Origin: Thermodesulfobacteriota bacterium
GTDB taxonomy: Bacteria > Desulfobacterota_D > UBA1144 > Nemesobacterales > Mycalebacteriaceae
DNA length: 64,000 nucleotides
Assembly (NCBI GenBank): GCA_965205855.1
Contig: OZ242184.1
Coordinates: 768,001 to 832,000 of the forward strand
Direction: 5' to 3'
Below are positions 47,454 through 56,573 of the stretch, in pieces. How positions within the stretch are numbered: position 1 is the first letter of the stretch; each line of letters starts with the position of its first letter. Both the position numbers and the translations under genes were made by a program. The notes beneath the pieces are model-generated. The model worked only from the letters and a program-made list of their open reading frames with translations, did no database searches and had not been told where the DNA came from.

Positions 47454-48881
47454 ATGTTGTCTCAACTAAAAGAAGAATGCGGGGTTTTTGGAATCTTCAA
47501 CAACACGGAAGCCGCAAACCTTGCGTATCTCGGCCTCCATTCCCTTCAGCACAGAGGGCAGGAAAGCGCGGGGATTGTAACCTCAGACGGAAAAAACCTG
47601 CATAGAAAACGATCAATGGGTCTTGTCGCAGATATATTTGACGAGGAATCTCTCAAAAATCTTCCCGGAAGAAACGCCATAGGACATGTGCGCTATTCCA
47701 CATCCGGAGCGAGCAACGCCAACAACATACAGCCGATTGTCATAACGCGCTCCGGCTCCGAAATGGCAATCGCCCATAACGGCAACATCACAAATTCCCT
47801 GACGCTCAGGCATCAACTTGAAGAGGACGGGGCAATTTTTCAATCAACAACCGACACCGAGGTGGTTGTTCACCTTATGGCAAGGTCAAAGAAACAAAAC
47901 TTATCCGACAGAATTATCCATGCTCTTTCGGCATGTAAAGGCGCTTATTCAATGGTCTTTCTGGATTCGGAAAAACTCATTGCCGCAAGAGACCCCTACG
48001 GTTTCCGTCCGCTTGTACTGGGCAAAATGGGAGATTCCTATGTTGTGGCATCGGAAACATGCTCGTTTGAGTTAATAGGAGCCCAGTATATAAGAGAGGT
48101 TGAACCGGGCGAAGTGGTGGTAATTGATGACAAGAATATTGAGTCCATCAAACCGTTTCCTGACAAACCTAAGGCAACTTGCATCTTTGAGTACATCTAC
48201 TTTTCGCGTCCGGACAGTTTTATTAACGGGCAGAGTATGTATATGGTGCGAAAGCGGCTCGGTAGAGAACTCGCCATTGAGCAACCCGTGGATGCCGATA
48301 TTGTCATTGCCGTTCCCGATTCGGGAGTTCCCGCGGCAATGGGTTATGCCGAGCAGCTTGGAATCCCTCTTGAAATGGGGTTTTTAAGAAGCCACTATGT
48401 GGGAAGAACTTTTATTGAACCGGAGCAGTCAATCAGAAATTTCGGCGTCAAACTAAAGCTCAGCGCCGTGAGAGACGTTATAATAAATAAAAAAATCGTT
48501 GTCGTGGATGATTCAATTGTAAGAGGAACAACAAGTAGAAAAATAGTCAAAATGCTCAGAGATTCCGGGGCAATCGAGGTTCATGTTAGGATATGTTCGC
48601 CTCCGATGAAGTTTTCCTGCTACTACGGAATAGACACCCCAAATAAGGGTGAACTTATAGCAAACTCCCTGAACGTGGAGGAAATCACAAAATATTTAAC
48701 CGCGGATTCATTGGGATATTTAAGTAAAGAAGGGATAGATACCGCCGTTGAAAATTGCTCTTCTTCCTCCGGAAACCCAAAGGGAGAAGGTTACTGTTAC
48801 GCATGTTTTACCGGAGATTACAAGGTTGAAATAGACGACCTGAAGTTACATCCGATACAGATGAATCTGTTTTCCGATTAA
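47454..48881 (+). CDS. purF: Amidophosphoribosyltransferase
   Basis: EECGVFG, LQHRGQE, GHVRYST, AHNGN, C.FEYIYF.RPDS, VDDSIVRGTT, C.ACF.G.Y. Confidence 0.97.
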   Translation: MLSQLKEECGVFGIFNNTEAANLAYLGLHSLQHRGQESAGIVTSDGKNLHRKRSMGLVADIFDEESLKNLPGRNAIGHVRYSTSGASNANNIQPIVITRSGSEMAIAHNGNITNSLTLRHQLEEDGAIFQSTTDTEVVVHLMARSKKQNLSDRIIHALSACKGAYSMVFLDSEKLIAARDPYGFRPLVLGKMGDSYVVASETCSFELIGAQYIREVEPGEVVVIDDKNIESIKPFPDKPKATCIFEYIYFSRPDSFINGQSMYMVRKRLGRELAIEQPVDADIVIAVPDSGVPAAMGYAEQLGIPLEMGFLRSHYVGRTFIEPEQSIRNFGVKLKLSAVRDVIINKKIVVVDDSIVRGTTSRKIVKMLRDSGAIEVHVRICSPPMKFSCYYGIDTPNKGELIANSLNVEEITKYLTADSLGYLSKEGIDTAVENCSSSSGNPKGEGYCYACFTGDYKVEIDDLKLHPIQMNLFSD

Positions 48882-48887
48882 ACTTTT

Positions 48888-51635
48888 TCAGGCATTTCGA
48901 TAACGTTTCATCTCTGACTCAAGAAAGTTTTTACGATTCCGGAACTCTTCAAGTTTGCCCTTCTCTTTCTCTATGATTTTATCCGGAGCTTTCTTTAAAA
49001 AATTTGAATCGGCAAGTTTGCTCTCACTCTGGCGGAGTTTGTTCATAATCTCTTCAATTTCCTTTTCCATAGATTCAATATCTTGCTGAGTGTCTGCTTT
49101 TTCCGCCTCTTTCCGCTCAACTTTGAGATTTATATTAAGCCTTTTTTCCGTTGGGTTTCCTGCAGTGTCAAGAGCAATAACAGAAACGGTCGCAGGCAAT
49201 CCCTCAACCGAAGAAAATTCATTTTCATCCGAAAAAAACCGATGAGAGGAAACTCTGGCAAGTTTTTTTAAAACCCCAATCTCGGATTCAATCAGCCCTT
49301 TTGTAAACTGTCCGTTTTCTCCCGATTCAACAAGAAAGGAAATGTTGACCTTCTCTGACATTTGAATTCTGGAAGCGCCTCTTTTCATAAGAATTTGATC
49401 AATCACTCCCTCAAAGAAAAACCTCATTCCATTGTAGTCTTCGTTGAATTCCTCCGTAAAGTTTTTATAAAATTCCGGATAGTCGGAATCAAGCAGACTT
49501 TTTTGCTCAAGACCGGAAGCCCTTCTTGTTCTGTCGTTAATCTCCTCCGTAATGTGCGGGCAGAAAGGGTGCAGAACCTTCATTGAGGCGCCGAGAATTT
49601 GCAGGAGAACTGCGGATGTGGTTTTTTGTGTTTCCGTGTCTCCTTCATATATTGAAATTTTCGCGGCTTCAATATAGCGGTCGCAAAAATCTCTCCAAAA
49701 GAAACGGTAGATTTCTTGCGCAGCCTTTCCAAATTCGTATTGCTCCATATATCCGTCAATCTTTTTTAACGAAAGATTCATGCTTGCAAGTATCCATTTT
49801 TCACATTTGCCAATCTTTGTTGATATCTCTCCTGCGGGTTCGGTGTTTTGCTCGACGGTTTCCAGAATAAAACGGGATGCATTCCATATCTTGTTCATAA
49901 AATTTCTGTAACCCTTTATTGTCGAAACGGAAAGCTCAATATCTTTTCCGCCAGAGGCAAGTGCAGAGAGACAAAAGCGCAGAGAATCGGCTCCAAACTC
50001 ATCGGCGACCGCAAGTGGATCTATGACATTGCCCTTGGTTTTGCTCATCTTCTGGCCGTTTTCATCCCTTACCAGACCATGGATATAAATGTCTTTGAAA
50101 GGCGGTTTGCCGGTAAATTGAATACCCATCATAGCCATGCGAGCAACCCAGAAAAATATGATGTCAAAACCTGTTACTATAACTGTCGTGGGATAGTATT
50201 TTTTAAGAGATTCTTCTTTCTCCCAGGGCCAGTTAAGGGTTGCAAACGGCCATAGAGCAGAGGAAAACCATGTATCCAGAACATTGGTATCTTTTGTGAG
50301 TTCAACTTCTTTCCCATAATGCTTCAAAGCACTTGTGGCGGCGGCATCTTCGTTGTTTTCAACAAACACCTCACCGTCCGGGCCATGCCATGCTGGTATC
50401 CGGTGCCCCCACCAGAGCTGTCTTGATATGCACCACGGCTCTATATTGTTCAACCATTGAAAATAAGTGCGTTCCCAGAATTTCGGAAAAAAATTCATCT
50501 CGCCCCTTTCAACTGACTCCACCGCTGTTTTCGCAAACAGCTTCACATCCATATACCACTGTTCCATAAGACGAGGTTCTATAACTGTTCCGGACCTGTC
50601 ACCATACGGAACTGTGTGTGAGATATCTTCGGTTTTTTCAAGGAATCCTCCCGACTTAAGCTCCTTGAGAAGTTTCTTTCTCGCCTGAAATCTTTCGAGT
50701 TTTCTGTAACTTTCGGGAACTTTTTCATTCAAACAGGCTTTTTCGTCAAAAACATCTACAAGTGGCAAATTGTGCCTTCTGGCGACTTCAAAATCGTTAA
50801 AATCATGGGCAGGCGTTATCTTTACCGCCCCGCTTCCTTTTTCGGGGTCGGAGTATTTATCGGTAATAACGGGAATAAATCTTCCCGTAAGCGGGAGTTC
50901 AACATATTTTCCCGCAAGGTATTTATATCTTTCGTCATTGGGATGAACTGCGACCGCGACATCTCCAAACATTGTTTCAGGCCTTGTTGTCGCAACGGTT
51001 ATGTGGCCGTCAGACCCTTTCAGGGGGTATTTAATATGCCAGTAATGGCCGGAGACTTCCCTTTGTTCCACTTCCAGATCTGAAACGGCAGTCTGCAAAA
51101 CCGTATCGTAGTTGACAAGCTTTTTTTCGCGCCGGATAAGCCCCTGTTTGTAAAGTTCAACAAAAATGTTCCTGACGGTTTCAGAAAACCCGTAATCCAT
51201 TGTAAATCGTTGTGTGCTCCAGTCTGGGATAAAGCCCAGTCTGCGGATTTGGTTAATAATTCTATCGGTTGAGTCCTCTTTAAATTCTCTGATCTTTTCA
51301 ATAAAACTACTTTTGCCAAGGTCTTCTTTGGAAATTCCCTTTTTTGCAAGTTCACGCTCAACGACCATCTGAGTTGCAATTCCCGCATGGTCGGTTCCCG
51401 GAACCCATAGAACATCAAAACCTTTCATTCTTTTGTAACGGACAAGAACGTCCTGAAGCGTGTTGTTGAGGGCATGACCTACGTGCAGAGAGCCCGTAAC
51501 ATTGGGTGGCGGCATGACAATGGAAAACGTGGGTTTTCCATTTTTCCCCGTGTTGCCGGATTTAAATTTTTCTTTTTCAAACCAGAACACCCGCCACTTT
51601 TCTTCAACCAGAGTCGGACTGTAGGAAGTTTTCAT
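48888..51635 (-). CDS. valS: Valine--tRNA ligase
   Basis: PPPNVTGSLHVGH, DHAGIATQ, ATTRPET, KITPAHD, WCISRQLWWGH, DTWFSS, KMSK, C-terminal coiled coil. Confidence 0.97.
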   Translation of the reverse strand: MKTSYSPTLVEEKWRVFWFEKEKFKSGNTGKNGKPTFSIVMPPPNVTGSLHVGHALNNTLQDVLVRYKRMKGFDVLWVPGTDHAGIATQMVVERELAKKGISKEDLGKSSFIEKIREFKEDSTDRIINQIRRLGFIPDWSTQRFTMDYGFSETVRNIFVELYKQGLIRREKKLVNYDTVLQTAVSDLEVEQREVSGHYWHIKYPLKGSDGHITVATTRPETMFGDVAVAVHPNDERYKYLAGKYVELPLTGRFIPVITDKYSDPEKGSGAVKITPAHDFNDFEVARRHNLPLVDVFDEKACLNEKVPESYRKLERFQARKKLLKELKSGGFLEKTEDISHTVPYGDRSGTVIEPRLMEQWYMDVKLFAKTAVESVERGEMNFFPKFWERTYFQWLNNIEPWCISRQLWWGHRIPAWHGPDGEVFVENNEDAAATSALKHYGKEVELTKDTNVLDTWFSSALWPFATLNWPWEKEESLKKYYPTTVIVTGFDIIFFWVARMAMMGIQFTGKPPFKDIYIHGLVRDENGQKMSKTKGNVIDPLAVADEFGADSLRFCLSALASGGKDIELSVSTIKGYRNFMNKIWNASRFILETVEQNTEPAGEISTKIGKCEKWILASMNLSLKKIDGYMEQYEFGKAAQEIYRFFWRDFCDRYIEAAKISIYEGDTETQKTTSAVLLQILGASMKVLHPFCPHITEEINDRTRRASGLEQKSLLDSDYPEFYKNFTEEFNEDYNGMRFFFEGVIDQILMKRGASRIQMSEKVNISFLVESGENGQFTKGLIESEIGVLKKLARVSSHRFFSDENEFSSVEGLPATVSVIALDTAGNPTEKRLNINLKVERKEAEKADTQQDIESMEKEIEEIMNKLRQSESKLADSNFLKKAPDKIIEKEKGKLEEFRNRKNFLESEMKRYRNA

Positions 51636-51643
51636 ACGGAAGT

Positions 51644-54600
51644 TTACACTCTCGACTTTTCAGCAAGAGTCGCGGATTCTGTTTCTTCAACCAAAGGCAT
51701 GGGAACGGTATCGTCTTCCACCTCAACTTTGATATTCTTGTACACATCAAGCCCGGTGCCGGCGGGTATGATTTTCCCAATAATGACATTCTCTTTGAGT
51801 CCCTTGAGTTTGTCTTCTTTGCTTTCGCATGCGGCTTCGGTAAGGATTTTCGTTGTTTCCTGAAATGATGCCGCGGAAAGCCAGCTTTCGGTGCTCAAAG
51901 ACGAGCGGGTTATTCCGAGAAGCAATGGCTCCGCAGTGGCGGGGGTTCCATCTTGTTCCTCAACTTCCGCATTTTCTGTGTGGAAAAGGGTTTTTGTTAC
52001 GGCTTCTCCCGGAAGCATCGTTGTGTCTCCGGGGTCTTTGACTTTGACCCTTTTAAGCATCTGCCTCACAATTACTTCTATGTGCTTGTCGTTTATCCTG
52101 ACGCCTTGAAGCTCATACACTTCTTGTATCTCATTCACAAGAAACTCGCTCAGCGCTTTTTCCCCTTTGATTTTGAGAATGTCATGAGGGTTTTCATCGC
52201 CATCCACAAGTTTTTCTCCGGATATTACAAAGTCTCCCTCTCTGACGAGGATATGCTCTCCTCTTGGAACTATGTATTCCTTTTCTTCTCCAATTGTGGG
52301 ACGGACAATGACCCGTCTTTTGCCCTTCACATCCTCACCGAATGACACAGTACCGTCAATTTCACTGACTATTGCAAGATCTTTGGGAATTCGGGCTTCA
52401 AACAGTTCCGCAACTCTTGGCAATCCGCCGGTTATGTCTTTGGTCTTTGCCGTTTCTTTGGGAATTTTGGCAATAATATCTCCGGGCTCCACGGAGTCTC
52501 CTTCGTTTTTCTCAATAAAAGCACCTGTCGGAAGATCTTCGGATTGAAGCGGTTTTTGTTCGGTCTGCTTCTTTGAAATTCCCTCAACGACTATTGCCGG
52601 TTTCAGTTTTGTGTTTTTGGAGTCGGTTACAACTTTCTCAAGCATTCCAGTAACCTCGTCCGCTTGCTCCTTGAAACTTAGCCCGGCTTCAAGATCTCTC
52701 CATTTTACGGTTCCGGTAACCTCCGCAATAATAGGGGTTGTGTAGGGGTCCCATTCCGCAAGAAGGGTTTTCTCCTTAACTCTATCCCCATCTTTAACTT
52801 TCAGTCGGGCACCCAACTCAAGTTTGTGTTTTTCCCTCTCGTATCCCTTTTCATCAACAATCGCAACGCGCCCATTTCTGTTTGTAACAATAAGCACCCC
52901 GCCGCCTGTTTTCACGGTTTCCAGATTGGACATTTTTATTATTCCGGCATAGTTGTTTTCAAGGGTGTTTTCGGTTGCACTCTGACTCGCCGCGCCTCCT
53001 ATGTGGAAGGTCCTCATGGTAAGCTGAGTTCCGGGTTCTCCGATTGATTGCGCTGCCGTTATTCCGACAGCTTCGCCTATATCCACAATTTTGCCGGTGG
53101 AAAGATTTCTTCCGTAGCAAAGTCTGCATATTCCTTCTTCGGTGTCACAAGTCAGGACGGAGCGGATTTTAACTTCACTTATGGAACTTTCATTAATTTT
53201 TTCAGCGGCTTCATTGTCTATTTCTTGTCCCGCTTTGACAATGAGTTCACCCGTGTCTGGATCCTTCAGACTGTCAAGCACAACTCTCCCAAGAACCCTG
53301 TCGCCGACATACTTCCTTATCTTGCCCCCTTCCACCTTATTTGTGTAAAGCAAGCCCTCAATGGTTCCGCAGTTTTCATCTCTGACTATTATGTCATGAG
53401 CCACATCTATCAGTTTTCTTGTAAGATGGCCTGCATTGGCTGTTTTAAGAGCAGTATCGGCAAGACCCTTTCTTGCTCCGTGAGTTGAGATAAAATAGTC
53501 CATCACTTTCATTCCTTCCCTGAAGTTTGATGTAATGGGTTTTTCAATAATAGTGCCGTCCGGTTTTGCCATAAGCCCCCTCATTCCCGCAAGCTGTCTT
53601 ACCTGCGTTTTGCTACCTCGGGCGCCGGAATCAATCATCATATAGATGGGGTTGGAGCTGGTTCCTTGTTTTTGGTTTCCTTTTTCATTTTTAACTGTTT
53701 CAAATTTTATGTTTTCCATCATCTCATCGGCAACTTCATCGCTTGTTTTAGACCAGATGTCCACAATTTTATTGTAGCGCTCGCCGTCTGTTATAAGACC
53801 CTGAGAAAACTGTTCCTGAACTTTCATCTCTTCCGCACGGGCAGCTGCCACAAGCCCTTCCTTGTTGTCGGGAATCTCCATGTCGTTAATTGAAATTGAA
53901 ATTCCGGATTTTGTCGCGTAATAAAACCCGAGAGTTCTTATACGGTCTGCCATAACAACGGTTTGTTTACTACCGTTTTCTCTAAAGCATTTATCCACAA
54001 GAGTCTCGAACTCGCTTTTGCTCATGGGTTTGTTAACAAACTCAAACGGGATGTTTTGAGGGATTGCCTCGTTGTAGAAAATCACCCTTCCAACGGTTGT
54101 TTCAACAACCTCTTCGTTGATTTTTATCTTTACCTGAGAGTGAATCCCGACATAGTCGGAACTGTAAGCCATAATCACTTCCTCCGGAGAGGAAAAATAT
54201 TTGAACTCTTTGCTGTAAGCGGAATCTTTTGTCATATAGTAGATCCCAAGCACAATATCCTGAGTGGGAAGAATAACCGGCTTGCCGTGCGCGGGAGAAA
54301 GTATGTTGTTGGTTGACATAATCAACGCACGGCATTCCGCCTGAGCTTCAATTGAAAGTGGGACATGCACCGCCATCTGGTCACCGTCAAAATCTGCGTT
54401 ATACGCTGGACAAACAAGCGGATGAACTCTGATTGACCTGTCTTCCACAAGCACGGGCTCAAACGCCTGTATACTTAATTTATGGAGAGTGGGAGCGCGG
54501 TTGAGCATAACCATATGCTCCTTGATAACATCGTCAAGAGCGTCCCATACCACGGGGTTTTCAGTTTCAACAAATCTTTTTGCTATTTTAATCGTTGGAG

Positions 54601-56554
54601 CGATGGGACTTCCGTCCTTGTTTTTCCACTCCTGGAGTTTCTGGTAAATAAACGGCTTGAAAAGTTCAAGAGCCATCTGTTTTGGAAGCCCGCACTGGTG
54701 TAGTTTCAGGTCTGGTCCAACCGTGATCACTGAACGTCCCGAATAGTCAACCCTTTTTCCGAGAAGATTCTGGCGGAATCTTCCGCTTTTGCCCTTGATA
54801 ATATCGGTAAGGCTTTTGAGTGGGCGGTGATTATGTCCGACAACGGGTCTTCCTCTTCTCCCGTTCTCAAACAGAGCATCAACGGATTCCTGAAGCATTC
54901 TTTTTTCATTTCTGACAATAATATCGGGCGCATCAAGTTCCAGTAGTCTTTTCAGTCGGTTGTTTCTGTTTATTACCCTTCTGTAAAGCACATTCAAATC
55001 GGAAGTGGCAAAACGTCCGTCGTGAGGAACAAGTGGCCGCAAGTCCGGTGGCAAAACAGGAATTGTAGTAAGAACCATCCATTCGGGACGGTTGGTTGAT
55101 TTGCGGAAGGTCTCACATATCTTGCGTCGTTTTGCTATTTTCGCTTTCTTTAAAAGAGAACTTGACTCCTGCATTTCAATTTTCAATTCTTCGGATAGCG
55201 TTTTCAAGTCAATGCTTTTCAACATTTGATAGACGGCTTCGGCTCCCATTCCATAGCTGTAATCAGTCTCAAAGTTCTCATCCGCTTCAGCAAGAATCTG
55301 AATTTCTTCTTCTTTGAAAACCGCGCTTTTTATAAGCTTGTTAAAATTGTCACGGGATTTTTTTAACTCTGTTTGCGCGTCCGTCAGCTGTTCATGTTCC
55401 TTTTTGAGATGCGGAGGTACGTCCGCATCTCCTTTCTGTTCCAATGTTTTGAGGTTTTTCTCCGCTTTTTTGTAGGCATTTCGCATGGCGGCGTGGTCTT
55501 TGCCCTTACTACCTTTCAGAAGGTTGTCACGGGCTTCCTGGATTGCCTCTTCGGAAGATTCACCGGCATCCGCGGTATTTTCAAGCAAATTTTTGAAAGC
55601 GGTCTGTATCTTCTTGTTGCTTGAAGGAACATCTTCCAATCCAAGGGTTTTGTAATTTTCCGCGAATTTTTCCTCAAATTCTCTTTTGACGGACTTAAAT
55701 GCGTCCTGAGCTTCTTTTATTTTTCCACCGGATTCCATTCCGGTTGACTCGGACACTTTTGCATCATAAGCGGCACGCTCTTTTTCAAAACTTGCCTTGG
55801 CATTCAAAAACGAGGATAGGATCATCTTCGCTTCATTGAGGGAAACGCCATTTTTACCCGTCATTAAAGTCTGCAATGAAAACTTTGTGGCAATTTCCCC
55901 GGGCACTAGATATTTATACCAATAGTTTTTTACCAGAGACGCTTCTTCCTCATCCATCAGCAGTGAAGCCAGACGCTCGGCATCTTCTTCTGTGTTTAAC
56001 TCGGTTAAGAACTCTTCAGGACAAGGCTTAAGAGACGAAATCACATATTCGGCCTCTCTTAGTTTTGACAACTCTTCCTCTGTTAAAGTCTGCCCCATTG
56101 TAAGGGAAGAAGTTCCCGGGTTGTTTACAACATGGGATTCATAATAGAGAACTCTATCAAGGTCCCTGAGACTCATGTCAAGAATCATTCCTATACGACT
56201 GGGAGTGCTACGGAGAAACCATATATGGACGACGGGAGAGGCAAGCTCTATGTGCCCCATTCTTTCACGCCTCAACTTGGAAGTTGTAACCTCCACGCCA
56301 CATTTTTCACAAACAATCCCTCTGTGTTTCAGTCTTTTGTATTTACCGCAGGCGCATTCAAAATCTTTGACGGGGCCAAAAATTTTGGGACAGAAAAGAC
56401 CGTTTTTCTCTGGCTTGAAAGTTCGATAGTTTATGGTCTCGGGTTTCTTAACTTCTCCGTGAGACCATGAGACCATATCTTCGGGAGATGCTATCGATAT
56501 TTGAACTCCCGAGTAAGAGTCCGGTTTGTTTGTTGTAATGTCTTCAAAATCCAC
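51644..56554 (-). CDS. rpoC: RNA polymerase beta' subunit with a large lineage-specific insertion
   Basis: Zn finger, NLLGKRVDYSGRSVI, NRAPTLH, YNADFDGDQM, GEPGTQLTMRTFH, SAASFQET; 1636 aa. Confidence 0.98.
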   Translation of the reverse strand: MDFEDITTNKPDSYSGVQISIASPEDMVSWSHGEVKKPETINYRTFKPEKNGLFCPKIFGPVKDFECACGKYKRLKHRGIVCEKCGVEVTTSKLRRERMGHIELASPVVHIWFLRSTPSRIGMILDMSLRDLDRVLYYESHVVNNPGTSSLTMGQTLTEEELSKLREAEYVISSLKPCPEEFLTELNTEEDAERLASLLMDEEEASLVKNYWYKYLVPGEIATKFSLQTLMTGKNGVSLNEAKMILSSFLNAKASFEKERAAYDAKVSESTGMESGGKIKEAQDAFKSVKREFEEKFAENYKTLGLEDVPSSNKKIQTAFKNLLENTADAGESSEEAIQEARDNLLKGSKGKDHAAMRNAYKKAEKNLKTLEQKGDADVPPHLKKEHEQLTDAQTELKKSRDNFNKLIKSAVFKEEEIQILAEADENFETDYSYGMGAEAVYQMLKSIDLKTLSEELKIEMQESSSLLKKAKIAKRRKICETFRKSTNRPEWMVLTTIPVLPPDLRPLVPHDGRFATSDLNVLYRRVINRNNRLKRLLELDAPDIIVRNEKRMLQESVDALFENGRRGRPVVGHNHRPLKSLTDIIKGKSGRFRQNLLGKRVDYSGRSVITVGPDLKLHQCGLPKQMALELFKPFIYQKLQEWKNKDGSPIAPTIKIAKRFVETENPVVWDALDDVIKEHMVMLNRAPTLHKLSIQAFEPVLVEDRSIRVHPLVCPAYNADFDGDQMAVHVPLSIEAQAECRALIMSTNNILSPAHGKPVILPTQDIVLGIYYMTKDSAYSKEFKYFSSPEEVIMAYSSDYVGIHSQVKIKINEEVVETTVGRVIFYNEAIPQNIPFEFVNKPMSKSEFETLVDKCFRENGSKQTVVMADRIRTLGFYYATKSGISISINDMEIPDNKEGLVAAARAEEMKVQEQFSQGLITDGERYNKIVDIWSKTSDEVADEMMENIKFETVKNEKGNQKQGTSSNPIYMMIDSGARGSKTQVRQLAGMRGLMAKPDGTIIEKPITSNFREGMKVMDYFISTHGARKGLADTALKTANAGHLTRKLIDVAHDIIVRDENCGTIEGLLYTNKVEGGKIRKYVGDRVLGRVVLDSLKDPDTGELIVKAGQEIDNEAAEKINESSISEVKIRSVLTCDTEEGICRLCYGRNLSTGKIVDIGEAVGITAAQSIGEPGTQLTMRTFHIGGAASQSATENTLENNYAGIIKMSNLETVKTGGGVLIVTNRNGRVAIVDEKGYEREKHKLELGARLKVKDGDRVKEKTLLAEWDPYTTPIIAEVTGTVKWRDLEAGLSFKEQADEVTGMLEKVVTDSKNTKLKPAIVVEGISKKQTEQKPLQSEDLPTGAFIEKNEGDSVEPGDIIAKIPKETAKTKDITGGLPRVAELFEARIPKDLAIVSEIDGTVSFGEDVKGKRRVIVRPTIGEEKEYIVPRGEHILVREGDFVISGEKLVDGDENPHDILKIKGEKALSEFLVNEIQEVYELQGVRINDKHIEVIVRQMLKRVKVKDPGDTTMLPGEAVTKTLFHTENAEVEEQDGTPATAEPLLLGITRSSLSTESWLSAASFQETTKILTEAACESKEDKLKGLKENVIIGKIIPAGTGLDVYKNIKVEVEDDTVPMPLVEETESATLAEKSRV

Positions 56555-56573
56555 TTTGGTTGGCCTCCTGTGC

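Noticed and set aside
52430-53000. Large insertion in the RpoC trigger loop (also the RpoB beta-i4 and beta-i9 regions)
   Set aside because: These correspond to the known SI3/beta'-i6 and beta dispensable-region inserts of proteobacteria-like RNAPs; not novel.
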